Shown one piece after another: positions 40,549 to 50,576 of a stretch of 64,000 nt of DNA. Every line of letters starts with the position of its first letter. Position 1 is the first letter of the stretch. The notes beneath the pieces are model-generated. The model was not told where the DNA came from. It searched no databases and saw nothing but the letters and a program-made list of their open reading frames with translations. Source of the DNA: an uncultured delta proteobacterium (GTDB lineage Bacteria; Desulfobacterota; Binatia; UBA9968); the NCBI GenBank assembly GCA_963816145.1, contig CAWFJP010000003.1:224001-288000 (forward strand), in the 5' to 3' direction. Position numbers and translations under genes: made by a program.

Positions 40549-40714
40549 TGCAGCTCCCCTAAAAGCATAATTGATACTACCAAGAACGGTGCACCGGTAA
40601 GACCGCCATTTTATTCGCTCATCTGTATAAGTCAACACATCATCTAACAGTCGACCGGCAAGTTCTCGTCATCGGTTAGTGAATTAACGGTTCTTATGAT
40701 TCATCAAACCGTTA

Positions 40715-41207
40715 CTACAGCAGTTTGATTATTTCGGAGTCCAAACTCTCGCGATGAATCTTCAGCCGTGCAATAGTCACCGGCAATTTGAATCTCCGCG
40801 GCCCGGCGCTGCCGGGATTGACGAACAGGACGTCGTCACGCGTCACGACGCTCGGTTTGTGCGAGTGACCGCTGATGACGGCGCGAATTCCCGCTACGTT
40901 GGGTTCGCCGTCAAGTTCGTGGACGTTGTGGATCACGTGAATCTTAGTGCCATTAATCTGGAGATTGAGTATGTCCGGCAGCTTTTGCGCCCACGGTCCA
41001 CGATCATTGTTACCGCGAATGGCGTAGACCGGCGCGATCGCGTCTTAACGATTGCAGCACTTCAACTTTGCCGATATCGCCGCCATGAATGATCAGCTCG
41101 ACGCCCTTGAGCGCCACCAGGGCTTCGGGCCGCATCAGTCCGTGGGTGTCGGAGATCACACCGATGATCCCTTTCTTGAGCTCGATCGATTTCTTGCGAA
41201 CTAACAT
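40715..41207 (-). pseudogene. YfcE-like metallophosphoesterase with a frameshift near 41042 (pseudogene or assembly error)
   Basis: ISDTHG...HGGDIG in one frame; AIAPVYAIRGNND...SGHSH...NPGSAGPRRF in the next; one extra base at TTA AGA c GCG ATC. Confidence 0.75.
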
Positions 41208-41291
41208 GACCAGGCTGATGTAGCTTGATTCCGGGTTCGGCGCAATTCTATAGTGGTCCTGGGTTAAGGGGAGTGATCGAAATCCGGAAGA

Positions 41292-41406
41292 TTTCCCGCA
41301 AAGGCGCTAAGGCGCAAAGTTGACGGCATGGATCCAAGACAGATTTTTCCCTTCGGTCGAAATGACATTAGTCTTTAACTTAGCGTCTTTGCGCCTTGGC
41401 GGGAGA
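41292..41406. repeat. Periodic REP-like palindrome (CGCAAAG type) with an ATGAC-type half-REP in the loop
   Basis: ttcccgcaaaggcgctaaggcgcaaag ... cttagcgtctttgcgccttggcgggaga. Confidence 0.78.
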
Positions 41407-41489
41407 ATAATCCAATTCCCAAAGTTCCCGCTTGCGCGCAAAATGCCAATAAATCAAAAAACTATAGCCCAAGACTCACCGGAGGTCTT

Positions 41490-41993
41490 ATGTTTCCTCA
41501 CTTACAATCCTTCAACCTACAAAAATGGATCGACGACAACCGCGGCGATTGGGGGCAGCGGCGGGTGATTTGGCAGGACTCCGATTTCATCGCCTTCGTC
41601 ACGCGCGGCCCGAACCGGCGCAAGGATTATCACATCAATCCCGGGGACGAGATTTTTTACCAGCTTGAAGGCGAGCTCAACCTGCACTACTTGAAGGATG
41701 ACAAGCATGAGCTGGCGGTGCTCAAGTCGGGGGATGTTTTTCTCATGCCGAAAAACACGCCGCACTCGCCGCGCCGTGCCGATGGTTCGTGGACCTATGT
41801 GGTGGAGAAAACCCGTTCGAAAGACGAAACCGACCGCTTCATTTGGCCCTGTGAAAAGTGCGGCACCAACCTTTACGCCACCGACGTGCGCTTCGATGAT
41901 CCCGGCGATGCGGTCAACAAAGCCACCGCGGCGCTCAAAGCCGATCCAAAACTGGCGACCTGCAAAAAATGCGGCGCGGTGCTGGATGTTTGA
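41490..41993 (+). CDS. nbaC: 3-hydroxyanthranilate 3,4-dioxygenase-like cupin
   Basis: FNLQKWID, GPNRRKDYHIN..DEIFYQLEG, PHSPRR, rubredoxin-like CEKC...CKKC. Confidence 0.8.
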   Translation: MFPHLQSFNLQKWIDDNRGDWGQRRVIWQDSDFIAFVTRGPNRRKDYHINPGDEIFYQLEGELNLHYLKDDKHELAVLKSGDVFLMPKNTPHSPRRADGSWTYVVEKTRSKDETDRFIWPCEKCGTNLYATDVRFDDPGDAVNKATAALKADPKLATCKKCGAVLDV

Positions 41994-42029
41994 AATAGCG
42001 AAGATAACCGTGAGGAGTTTTCTGATTCC

Positions 42030-42110
42030 GTCATTGCGGTGAAAACCGGAATCCATCCAGTTCGACGGACTAAGCAGCCTGGATTGGCGCTAAAAACATG
42101 CGGGAATGAC
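42030..42110. repeat. GTCAT...ATGAC-type REP between convergent genes
   Basis: gtcattgcggtgaaaaccggaatcca ... ctggattggcgctaaaaacatgcgggaatgac. Confidence 0.7.
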
Positions 42111-42162
42111 GAGCGAATTGAAATGCAGGTGATTCTTTAGATTAGCTAATATTTTACTTGAG

Positions 42163-44457
42163 TTAACCTTTTTCTTGCAACGCCCGCCAAATCTTGGGCG
42201 GCGTGAGCGGCAGGTCTTGAATGCGCACGCCGACGGCGCGGGAAACCGCATTGGCGATCGCCGACGCCACCGGCAACAACCCGCCCTCACCTATTCCTTT
42301 AGATCCGAATGGTCCTGGTCCGTTGCCGTTTTCGATCAGAATCGTGTGCAGACGATCCGGCAGGTCCTCGAACGTCGGCACACGGTAGTCGACCATGTTG
42401 CCGTTGAGCAACTGGCCCTCTTCATAGATCATCTCTTCCATCAATGTATGACCGATGCCGAACATCACCGCGCCCTCGTCTTGACCGACGCACTGCTCGG
42501 GGTTGATCGCCTTGCCGGCGTCGCAGGCGGAGACGTAATTGAGTAGATGAACGTTGCCGGTATCGGGATCGACTTCGACCTCGACGCCGCCCCAACCGAC
42601 TTCCCAAAAAGTCGTGGTCGAGCCCAGCACCGCCTTGGCGCTGCGCTTGTCTTTGTAGAGTCCCTTGCCGATGATTTCTCCGGCCTTGCTGCCGAAGAAA
42701 TCAACGATCACTTTGCTGAAGGAAAGGCTCTGACCTGATTTCGTCCAGACCTGGCCATTTTTCAGCGTCAGGCTGTCGGCCTTTTGTTTTAACACTTTGG
42801 CGGCGCACTGGAGCAATTGCTTTTTGGCATCCTGCGAGGCTCGTTGCACCGCCGTACCCATCACCACCGTCGAGCTGCTGGCGCTGGTGGAGATATCATA
42901 AGGTGTCACGTCAGTGTCGAGCTGGGCGACGCCGATTTGGTCCATCGGCATGGCGAGCTCTTCGGCAACGATCTGGCTCAGCGCCGTGCGCGGTCCCTGC
43001 CCTGCTTCGACGGTGCCGGTGAGCAGCATGACGCTGCCGTCGGAAGACATCTTCACCGTGGCGCCGGCGACTTTGTAGGTGCCGCCGGCGTCTTTGATGC
43101 AGCAGCTAATGCCCTTGGCACGGTTAGGCTTTCTACTTTTTTCGCTCCACTTGATGGCATCGGCGACTTTGAGCAATCCCTCTTTCATGTCGCAATCCAC
43201 CGGTGTATCGCCGACGGTGTATAGGTCGCCCTTCTTAAATAAATTCTTTATTCGAAACTCCAGCGGATCGAGTCCCAAGCGCTCGGCGATCATATCCATC
43301 TGCGATTCATAGGCCCAGGTCACTTGCAGTGCGCCGAAGCCGCGGAACGCGCCGGCGGGAACCGTGTTGGTATACACGCCATAAGCCTCAACTTTGGCGT
43401 AGGGAATTTTGTACGGCCCCAAGGCGCGATAGCCGGCCTTCTGTGTGACCCGTGGTCCAGCGTCGGCGTAAGCGCCGGTGTCCATATAAACCTGGCATTC
43501 GCGGGCGATGAGCTTGCCGTCTTTGCTCACACCGGTCTTGACCGTAACCCTGGCCGGATGGCGTGTGACCGTTTTGAAGCTCTCATTGATCGACAATTGC
43601 AGCTTCACCGGCCGCCGAGTCATCCACGTTAATGCCGCGGAGATCGGCTCGGCTTTGACATAGAGCTTGCCGCCATAGCCGCCGCCGACATAGGGCACGA
43701 TGACGCGGATACGGTTGCACGGCAGACGAAATATTCCCGACAAATGATCGCGCAGCGTAAACGGATCCTGGCACGACGCCCAGACCGTCAGCTTTTCGCC
43801 GTCGTAGTATGCGACGTTGTTATGAGCTTCGAGAGAAAAATGCTGGACCTTTTGAAAACGGAAGGTGTCCTCGAAAATATGTTCGGCTTTGACGAAGCCC
43901 TTGTCCACATCCTCGCGGCCGAAGGTAAGGTAATAGCAAATGTTGGTGCCGCTGAAGCGCTCCGGCGCGCCGTAGGTGGAACCGCGCAGTTCGGCGCGCG
44001 CCACCCCGCCTTCGTGCACCTGAATCGCGCCGGGCGCGGTGGCCTCTTCGAGGTTGGTGACTTTGGCGAGTTCTTCGTATTCGACTTCGAACAGCTCCAG
44101 CGCCTGCTCAGCGATCTCCGGCGTATCGGCCAGCACCGCGGCGACCGGGTCACCGACATAGCGAACCTTGTCAACGGCGACGATCGATTGATCCTTGTAG
44201 GTCGCGCCATACTTGAAGTTGAAGCCCTGGATGTCATCGCGGGTCAAGGTCGCGATAACGCCGGGCAGCTCTTTGGCTTTCGACGCATCGACTTTGATCA
44301 ATTTCGCGTGCGCCACCGGACTGCGCAGTATCCGCGCATGGGCCATGCCCGGCAGCTGGATATCGCTGGTATAGATCGCCTTGCCGCTGACTTTTTCGAT
44401 GGCATCGACCCGGTGCGCATTGGTGCCGACGACTTTAAAGTTTTGCATCGTCTTCAT
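42163..44457 (-). CDS. Xanthine dehydrogenase family molybdopterin-binding (large) subunit
   Basis: ILRSPVAHA, VRYVGDPVAAV, VGGGYGGK, AFRGFG, VEVEVDPDTG, GSKGIGEG. Confidence 0.92.
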   Translation of the reverse strand: MKTMQNFKVVGTNAHRVDAIEKVSGKAIYTSDIQLPGMAHARILRSPVAHAKLIKVDASKAKELPGVIATLTRDDIQGFNFKYGATYKDQSIVAVDKVRYVGDPVAAVLADTPEIAEQALELFEVEYEELAKVTNLEEATAPGAIQVHEGGVARAELRGSTYGAPERFSGTNICYYLTFGREDVDKGFVKAEHIFEDTFRFQKVQHFSLEAHNNVAYYDGEKLTVWASCQDPFTLRDHLSGIFRLPCNRIRVIVPYVGGGYGGKLYVKAEPISAALTWMTRRPVKLQLSINESFKTVTRHPARVTVKTGVSKDGKLIARECQVYMDTGAYADAGPRVTQKAGYRALGPYKIPYAKVEAYGVYTNTVPAGAFRGFGALQVTWAYESQMDMIAERLGLDPLEFRIKNLFKKGDLYTVGDTPVDCDMKEGLLKVADAIKWSEKSRKPNRAKGISCCIKDAGGTYKVAGATVKMSSDGSVMLLTGTVEAGQGPRTALSQIVAEELAMPMDQIGVAQLDTDVTPYDISTSASSSTVVMGTAVQRASQDAKKQLLQCAAKVLKQKADSLTLKNGQVWTKSGQSLSFSKVIVDFFGSKAGEIIGKGLYKDKRSAKAVLGSTTTFWEVGWGGVEVEVDPDTGNVHLLNYVSACDAGKAINPEQCVGQDEGAVMFGIGHTLMEEMIYEEGQLLNGNMVDYRVPTFEDLPDRLHTILIENGNGPGPFGSKGIGEGGLLPVASAIANAVSRAVGVRIQDLPLTPPKIWRALQEKG

Positions 44458-44474
44458 GATTCAGTCGGAAAATG

Positions 44475-44506
44475 AAAAAGGCCACGGTGAGATTGTCACC
44501 GTGGCC
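44475..44506 (-). terminator. Rho-independent terminator after the small Zn-ribbon gene
   Basis: Minus strand GGCCACGGTGA-CAATC-TCACCGTGGCC-TTTTT. Confidence 0.8.
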
Positions 44507-44517
44507 CAGAACTGAAA

Positions 44518-44664
44518 TTATTTGCGGATTTTGGGGCTGTCTTTTTCGGGGAAGTATTTGTCGCAGAACGGACAATGAAAATTCATTCCAGAACCCAGCA
44601 TATGCGGGTTAACGACAAAGATTTTTTTACAGCTTGGACAAGTGATTTCAACGGCCTGACCCAT
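44518..44664 (-). CDS. Small Zn-ribbon protein, 48 aa (MGQAVEITCPSCKKIFVVNPHMLGSGMNFHCPFCDKYFPEKDSPKIRK)
   Basis: Below ORF-track cutoff; GAGG RBS, two CPxC motifs, terminator downstream. Confidence 0.75.
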   Translation of the reverse strand: MGQAVEITCPSCKKIFVVNPHMLGSGMNFHCPFCDKYFPEKDSPKIRK

Positions 44665-44681
44665 GGTTTACCTCTCTATCT

Positions 44682-44768
44682 ATTTTGGATTGGCGATTTT
44701 GGATTTTGGATTGCCGGAATCTCCCTCCTTCATCCTCCCCCGCAAGCGGGGGAGGAAAGAGGTGGGGG
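44682..44768. repeat. Heptamer repeat (ATTTTGG) followed by a CCCTC-type hairpin REP
   Basis: attttgg attggcg attttgg attttgg attgccg; cctcccccgc-aa-gcgggggagg. Confidence 0.7.
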
Positions 44769-44806
44769 CTGCTTTGTGCGCTTTGGATTAACTCTCTCCG
44801 ATTCCG

Positions 44807-46252
44807 TTAGGCCCAGTAGGTCGTGCGGTCCATCGGGATATGCTGCAACACCTCACCGGGCACATAGTCTTCCAACTTGATGCGCGCCATCGCTTCGTCG
44901 GGGCATTTCGACACTGGCGAGAACGGCCGGTCGGTCGGCTTGGTCGCATCGACGATCATTCCCGAGGTCTTGATCTCGTCGCGCAGCGACGGATCCAAGA
45001 AATTGCCGCGGAATAAAGGCTTCAAGATATTGACCTGGAGATGGGGTTGCACTCGGGTCGCGATCGCCCAGAGAATGTCGGTCGGATTGAAGACGTCGAT
45101 ATCCTCATCGAAGACGAAGACATTCTTGGTGTGATCGAAGGTCAATGCGGCGGCGGCGGCGCGCGCCGGATCGCCTTCCGACAACTTTTTCATCGAAATG
45201 AAAACATTGTAATGGGCGTGGCGGCCCTGCTTGCAGACGGCGGTGACGCCCGGAACCGCCTCACGGCAGCGGCGCAGATACGCGCCTTCGCGCGGCAGAT
45301 CCATCCACGGTTTGTCGCCTTCCGGCGTGATCACCGACTGATACATGGCGCCGTTGCGATAATTGATCGCCTTCACTTCGTAATGCACGCAAGTGGTGTA
45401 GCGCTGCGGTCCGAGATAGCCGGGCGCTTCGCCGAAGGGTCCTTCGACGACGCGGCCGCCGGGTTTGAGCACGCCTTCGATGACCACCTCGGCGTCGGCC
45501 GGAATCAATAAGTCGTCGCCAAAGGTTTCCGACGCGACCAAGCGCAGCGGTTCGCCCATGTAGCCGCCGATCACATCGTACTCGCTGACTTCAAACGGGC
45601 CGCTGTAGCAGGCGCCCATGTGGAACGCCGGGTGATGGCCCAAGACCGTCGCCACCGGCATTTCCATGTTGTTGTCTTCGTAGTCTTTGAAGATCTTCCA
45701 CAGATGGCGCGGCGAAGCATAGAGCGCGGTGGAGTTCTTCGATTTTACCTCCATGCGGTGGTAGGAAAGATTGTAAATGCCCGACTTGCGATCCTTGGTG
45801 ATGGTCGAGAGTACGATGTAGGGCCCGCCGTCCATCTCATGATGACGCATGATCGGGATCTGGTAGAGGTCGACTTTATCGCCGACCATGGTGTTTTGCT
45901 TGATCGGCGCGTCCTTCTTGCTGATGATCGTCGGCGGCACCCGATGCTCTTCCATTTCCAAGCATTTCTCCGCCATCTCCGGGCGAGTGGCCGTGCGCGG
46001 CATGCCCAAGGCGATCTGGGTCTTACCCTGGGAAATCTCGCAGTTCATGGTTAATTTGATTGGTCCGACTTTTCCGTTCAAATTGAGCGGGTTGTCGAAT
46101 ATGATGATCGGAAACTTCTTCTGGGCGCCGAGATGCTTGATAATCGCAGTTACATCGTAGTTCGCCGGATTGACTTCCTTGGTGATGTGAATCACCTCTC
46201 CCGGCAATTGCCGTTCGCAATCGGCAATGAAAGTTCGTAAATCCTTCGCCAT
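44807..46252 (-). CDS. UbiD family (prFMN-dependent) decarboxylase
   Basis: DLRTFI, DGGPYI, YNLSYHRM, PADAEVVIEG, EGPFGEAPGY, DEDIDVFN..DILWAIATRVQ, DATKP. Confidence 0.9.
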   Translation of the reverse strand: MAKDLRTFIADCERQLPGEVIHITKEVNPANYDVTAIIKHLGAQKKFPIIIFDNPLNLNGKVGPIKLTMNCEISQGKTQIALGMPRTATRPEMAEKCLEMEEHRVPPTIISKKDAPIKQNTMVGDKVDLYQIPIMRHHEMDGGPYIVLSTITKDRKSGIYNLSYHRMEVKSKNSTALYASPRHLWKIFKDYEDNNMEMPVATVLGHHPAFHMGACYSGPFEVSEYDVIGGYMGEPLRLVASETFGDDLLIPADAEVVIEGVLKPGGRVVEGPFGEAPGYLGPQRYTTCVHYEVKAINYRNGAMYQSVITPEGDKPWMDLPREGAYLRRCREAVPGVTAVCKQGRHAHYNVFISMKKLSEGDPARAAAAALTFDHTKNVFVFDEDIDVFNPTDILWAIATRVQPHLQVNILKPLFRGNFLDPSLRDEIKTSGMIVDATKPTDRPFSPVSKCPDEAMARIKLEDYVPGEVLQHIPMDRTTYWA

Positions 46253-46648
46253 GCAGGCCTCCTAGCTAAGTTATGAAATATTTTATGCAAAAAGATTTAT
46301 CGGATGGCCCCAGCATTGTCAAATCAAGTAGCCGAAGCACTAAGCGGTTAACCTGCGATTTCTCAGCGATTATTTGCAAATAGCGCGCAATCGGCTGCGG
46401 CTGCTTTGAGGCTGTGAAATTGAAAAGCTTCTTCGCTCCGCTGGCGGACGCGGTAAGCGCCGCAGCAGTAATGACCGGCTCTTTTTGCCATTTCCGCGAA
46501 AGCGAAATTCAAAACTTGGTTTGGGACTTCCCGCCAATCTCGCCTGGATACCCGCGCGCTCGGATATGACGGAATTTTTTGTCGCCGAAGTCTGCCCTGG
46601 GCATGGCGGTCTGCCAAATGGATTTATCGCAACTACAGGCCTGTGCAG

Positions 46649-47485
46649 CTAGTCGAACACCACCGTGCGATTGCCGTGCAGAAATACTCGCTCATCGAGT
46701 ATCAGCCGCACAGCTCGCGCCAGAGCGATTTTTTCCGCGTCCCGGCCCGCCTGGACCATCGCGGCAGCGGTGTAGGTGTGATTCACCGGGATGACGTTTT
46801 GCGCGATGATCGGCCCAGTGTCGAGATCGTCGGTGACGATGTGAGCGGTGGCGCCGATGATTTTAACGCCGCGCTCGTAGGCTTGGTGGTAGGGTTTGGC
46901 GCCAATGAACGCCGGCAGGAACGAATGGTGGATGTTGATCACCCGGTTACGATAACGGGCGACGAACGCTGGCGTGAGGATGCGCATGTACTTCGCCAGC
47001 ACCAGGTACTCGGGCGCGTAGGAGTCGATCACTTCCATCACCCGATTCTCATGTTCGGCGCGCTCGAGATCCTTATGACTCACCCAGTGAAACGGGATGC
47101 CGAACGGTTTGACCAAAGAGCTCAAGGTCTCGTGGTTGGCGATCACGGCCTTGATCTGTGCCGGCAACTCGCCGGAGTAATGGCGAATCAGCAGATCACC
47201 CAAGCAGTGTGCTTCGGTAGTCGCCAGGATGACGATCGGCTGGCGCTCCGCTTCGACCAGTTTGACCACCGACTCGGTCGGCAGGATCTGTTGGAGATAA
47301 GAAACCACCCGGTCCGGTTGGGTCGGTCCCTCGAACGCCGTGCGCATAAAAAAGTGCTTGGCTTCGAGGTCGACAAACTCATGGTTGCTGAGAATATTGT
47401 AGCCGGCGTTGAACAACACGCCGGTGATCTTGTGTACCAAGCCCGGCTCATCGCGGCAGTCAATGCGTAATATATGTGGTGGCAC
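46649..47485 (-). CDS. purU: Formyltetrahydrofolate deformylase
   Basis: ACT domain, HCLGDLL, LVLAKYMRIL, INIHHSFLPAFIGAKPYHQAYERGVKIIGATAH, NRTVVF. Confidence 0.95.
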   Translation of the reverse strand: MPPHILRIDCRDEPGLVHKITGVLFNAGYNILSNHEFVDLEAKHFFMRTAFEGPTQPDRVVSYLQQILPTESVVKLVEAERQPIVILATTEAHCLGDLLIRHYSGELPAQIKAVIANHETLSSLVKPFGIPFHWVSHKDLERAEHENRVMEVIDSYAPEYLVLAKYMRILTPAFVARYRNRVINIHHSFLPAFIGAKPYHQAYERGVKIIGATAHIVTDDLDTGPIIAQNVIPVNHTYTAAAMVQAGRDAEKIALARAVRLILDERVFLHGNRTVVFD

Positions 47486-47615
47486 GTCAACGACTCCTCA
47501 GAGGGATTATTATCCAATCAGTATTGCATGCTCTCGCATACAGATAAACTGATCCCATGCCGAGCACTTAAGCTAAAGAACGTTCAGCCCATTGTTGAAG
47601 CCGGTTTCGCGCCTG

Positions 47616-48443
47616 TCATTGTTTCACATACCGATGGGTGAAGCGGTCGCTCTCGCCGATGGCCTGGTATTTGGCGCGATCCTTGTCGCCCAAGCGAAAG
47701 CTTGGCGGCAAGGTCCATACGCCGTCGGGATAATCCTTGGTGTCTTTAGGGTTATTGTTGACCTGCGAAGTTCCGGCGAGCTTGAAACCAGCTTTTTCCA
47801 TCTGCTTGATCGCCACATCCTCGCGGACATAGCCGAATTTCATCTGCGCCTCCTGGGATAAGTCGGTGCGCCCGCGATGATCGACGACACCCAACACTCC
47901 GCCCGGTTTGAGCGCTTTGTGAAAAGCGCGCAGGGCGCCGTCGATCTCATTGCGCTCGATCCAATTGTGCAGATTGCGAAAGGTCAGGACGAAATCAGCG
48001 CTGCCCGCCGGCGCGATCTCATGGCGGTCGGCGTTGAATTTGGTGACTTTCACCTTGGCGAAAACCTCCGGGTCTTCCTTGAGTCGGCCTAGAAACTTCT
48101 GATGATCGGCAAGATACTGCGGCGCCGCCAACTCGTCACGATTGGCGGCGATGTAAACGCCCCGCGTGTTCAAATACGGCGCGAGAATTTCCAGGTAGTA
48201 ACCCCTGCTGCCCGGCAGGATCTCCACCACCGTGCTGTTGTCTCTGACGCCGAAAAATGCCAGCGTTTCGATTGGATGGCGGTGGATATCGCGCACGACG
48301 TTGGCATGGGTACGATAAGGTGCCTTTAACAATTGTGCGAGCGTGCTTTGATCGTCAGCCCATGAGGTTGCTAACGGTATCGACGTCAGCAGCATGAAAG
48401 CGACCAACGTCGCAATTCGACGACGTTTTAACTCCAGGTCCAT
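47616..48443 (-). CDS. Predicted exported SAM-dependent methyltransferase (COG4798-like)
   Basis: Signal peptide ending SWA; RDIHRHPIETLAFFG, VVEILPG..GYY, LTFRNLHNW, LKPGGVLGVVDHR, GVWTLPP, IGESDR. Confidence 0.82.
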   Translation of the reverse strand: MDLELKRRRIATLVAFMLLTSIPLATSWADDQSTLAQLLKAPYRTHANVVRDIHRHPIETLAFFGVRDNSTVVEILPGSRGYYLEILAPYLNTRGVYIAANRDELAAPQYLADHQKFLGRLKEDPEVFAKVKVTKFNADRHEIAPAGSADFVLTFRNLHNWIERNEIDGALRAFHKALKPGGVLGVVDHRGRTDLSQEAQMKFGYVREDVAIKQMEKAGFKLAGTSQVNNNPKDTKDYPDGVWTLPPSFRLGDKDRAKYQAIGESDRFTHRYVKQ

Positions 48444-48496
48444 GTCATTCTCCGTTGGGCAAAAAGGTTCCGCACGTTTCATCGAAGCCGTAACCA

Positions 48497-49453
48497 TCAT
48501 CGCTTTCCAGCGGCGATTTCATCGAGCAAGGAAAAATCATAAACCTGCTCCATCTTGGGCGGTTCCTTAAGACCCATGTCGCGCTGGGTCAACTCGAAGT
48601 CGAGTTTATTGGCGGCGGCCGTCGGTTTGCCGTCGAGGGCCCAGGATCGCACGACATTGTCGTAAACCCAGGAAGATTCCTCCGCGGTCAATGCGAACTG
48701 CTTCATGTAGACCGGAATTACCTTGTCTTTCTGGGTCGCTGTGATGCGCAGCCCTTCCAATGCCGCCTGGACCGTCGAGCGCATGACATCGCGACGGCTT
48801 TGCAAACTGGCGATGGCAGTCCCCAATCCGCCCGAGGACAAATCGATATCGTCGGAGGCGCGCGCCAAAACGCGAAATCCCTGGCGCATAAGCCTTGCCG
48901 CCTCGACGGCGGTAAGAACCGCCGCTGGAACCGTACCGCTCAATAGCGCCGGCGACCGCGCGCTACCGATGTTGAGAATTTTGTAGTCATCGGGCCGCAA
49001 TCCTTTGCGGCGCAAGAGTTCAATCAACACGATGTTAGCCGACGCCTGAGCCGTGTAGCCGCCAAAAGTCTTGCCGCGAAGCTGCTCGACGCTGGTGAAT
49101 TCTTTCGCGGCGACGACGCATAAGTCCGAGCGATTGGCCGAAACCATCACGACTCGAACCGGTACGCCGCGCAGCGCCGCCCGCCCGGTGGTCCCCGCGG
49201 CGGTGTAAAAATCAAGATCGCCGGTCAGCAACGCGGCGAGCGCCGCCCGCGGCTCGAGCACGAGGATCTGCGGTTCAAATCCCAGGCTCTCGAATATTCC
49301 CAGGCTGCGCGCCATATAAATTGGCGTCGAGCTTACCGAATGGCTTGGCAGAGCGATGCGTAAAGGCCGGAGCTTCTTTTGTTGCGCGCCGGCCGGAGAA
49401 GTATTGAGCATCATCACCGCGACCAGCGCCAGCCAACCCATACGAAATAACAT
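48497..49453 (-). CDS. NMT1/SsuA-type ABC substrate-binding protein
   Basis: Signal peptide (AGA-Q), AALLTGDLDF, EQLRGKT. Confidence 0.82.
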   Translation of the reverse strand: MLFRMGWLALVAVMMLNTSPAGAQQKKLRPLRIALPSHSVSSTPIYMARSLGIFESLGFEPQILVLEPRAALAALLTGDLDFYTAAGTTGRAALRGVPVRVVMVSANRSDLCVVAAKEFTSVEQLRGKTFGGYTAQASANIVLIELLRRKGLRPDDYKILNIGSARSPALLSGTVPAAVLTAVEAARLMRQGFRVLARASDDIDLSSGGLGTAIASLQSRRDVMRSTVQAALEGLRITATQKDKVIPVYMKQFALTAEESSWVYDNVVRSWALDGKPTAAANKLDFELTQRDMGLKEPPKMEQVYDFSLLDEIAAGKR

Positions 49454-49522
49454 CGGTAAAAGCCCCCTCTTTACCTGTCCGAAAGCTGATTTCTGACCAC
49501 TGACTACGGATCGCTATTTCCT

Positions 49523-50485
49523 CTACCGTTTAGCCAATTCATCCAACATCGAGAAGTCGTAGGTCTGCTCGGCTTTCGGCAATTCCTTGAGTCCCATGTC
49601 GCGCTGCGAGAGCTCGGCATCGAGCTTAACGGCCCCCGGCGTCGGCCGGCCGTCTAGCGCCCATCCGGGGCGGATCGCATCATAGACGTAGCTGGCTTCG
49701 TCTTGACTGAGCGCCAACTGCTTCATCAGGACCGGTACGGTCTTATCTTTTTGATTGACGATCACGCGAATGGCATCGAGCACCGCCTGGACTCCTGGCC
49801 GCAAGAATTCACGTCGACTCTGCATGCTGCCGAGCGACATACCCAAGCCGCTTTGCGGCAGCTCCAGATCATCGCTTGCCCTTCCCAAGACATGAAATCC
49901 CGCTTTGACCATGCGCACGGTCTCGACGCTATTGAGCACCGCGACCTGCACCGCGCCACCACTCAATGCCGCAGCGCGAGCGGTACCGGCGTTGACGACT
50001 TTGTAGTCATCAAGTTTGAAGCCGCGCCGCCGCATCATTTCATGGAGGACGACATTGACCGTGCCCTGCGGCGTATAGGCGCCGATCACCCGGCCACGCA
50101 GCTGCTCGAAACTGGTGATATCCTTGGTCGCGACCAAGGCGAAATCGGGGCGGTTGAGGGCAACCAGCCCCACGCGAACCGGCAAACCGCGCAGCGCCGC
50201 CCGCGCAGTAGAACCGATGGCGGTATAAAAATCCAACTCGCCGGCGAGCAACGCGGCCAATCCGGCCCGTGGCTCCAAAACCAATACCCGAGCGTCGAAG
50301 CCGTAGTTTTCGAATATGCCCAACTGTTTGGCGACATAGATCGCCGTCATGGTCACCGAATTGTTAGCTAGGGCGATGTGCAGCGGCCTGAGCTTCGGTT
50401 TTTGCTGAGCGATCGCCGAACTGGAAAGCACAAACAAAGATAGTCCAAGTGTCATCAATCCAGCGATCGGGCTGATCCGAAACAT
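49523..50485 (-). CDS. NMT1/SsuA-type ABC substrate-binding protein (tandem paralog)
   Basis: Signal peptide (AIA-Q); shares VLEPRA, WALDG.PT and QRDMGLKE with the neighbour; GGAGG RBS before ATG 50485. Confidence 0.82.
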   Translation of the reverse strand: MFRISPIAGLMTLGLSLFVLSSSAIAQQKPKLRPLHIALANNSVTMTAIYVAKQLGIFENYGFDARVLVLEPRAGLAALLAGELDFYTAIGSTARAALRGLPVRVGLVALNRPDFALVATKDITSFEQLRGRVIGAYTPQGTVNVVLHEMMRRRGFKLDDYKVVNAGTARAAALSGGAVQVAVLNSVETVRMVKAGFHVLGRASDDLELPQSGLGMSLGSMQSRREFLRPGVQAVLDAIRVIVNQKDKTVPVLMKQLALSQDEASYVYDAIRPGWALDGRPTPGAVKLDAELSQRDMGLKELPKAEQTYDFSMLDELAKR

Positions 50486-50576
50486 TCCGCCTCCTTCAAT
50501 CCTGTCCCTCATACCCGCGTCGACGCGATACTGTCAAGATAAGAGTTGGCCAACCAGTATTAATGGCAATATTTTT

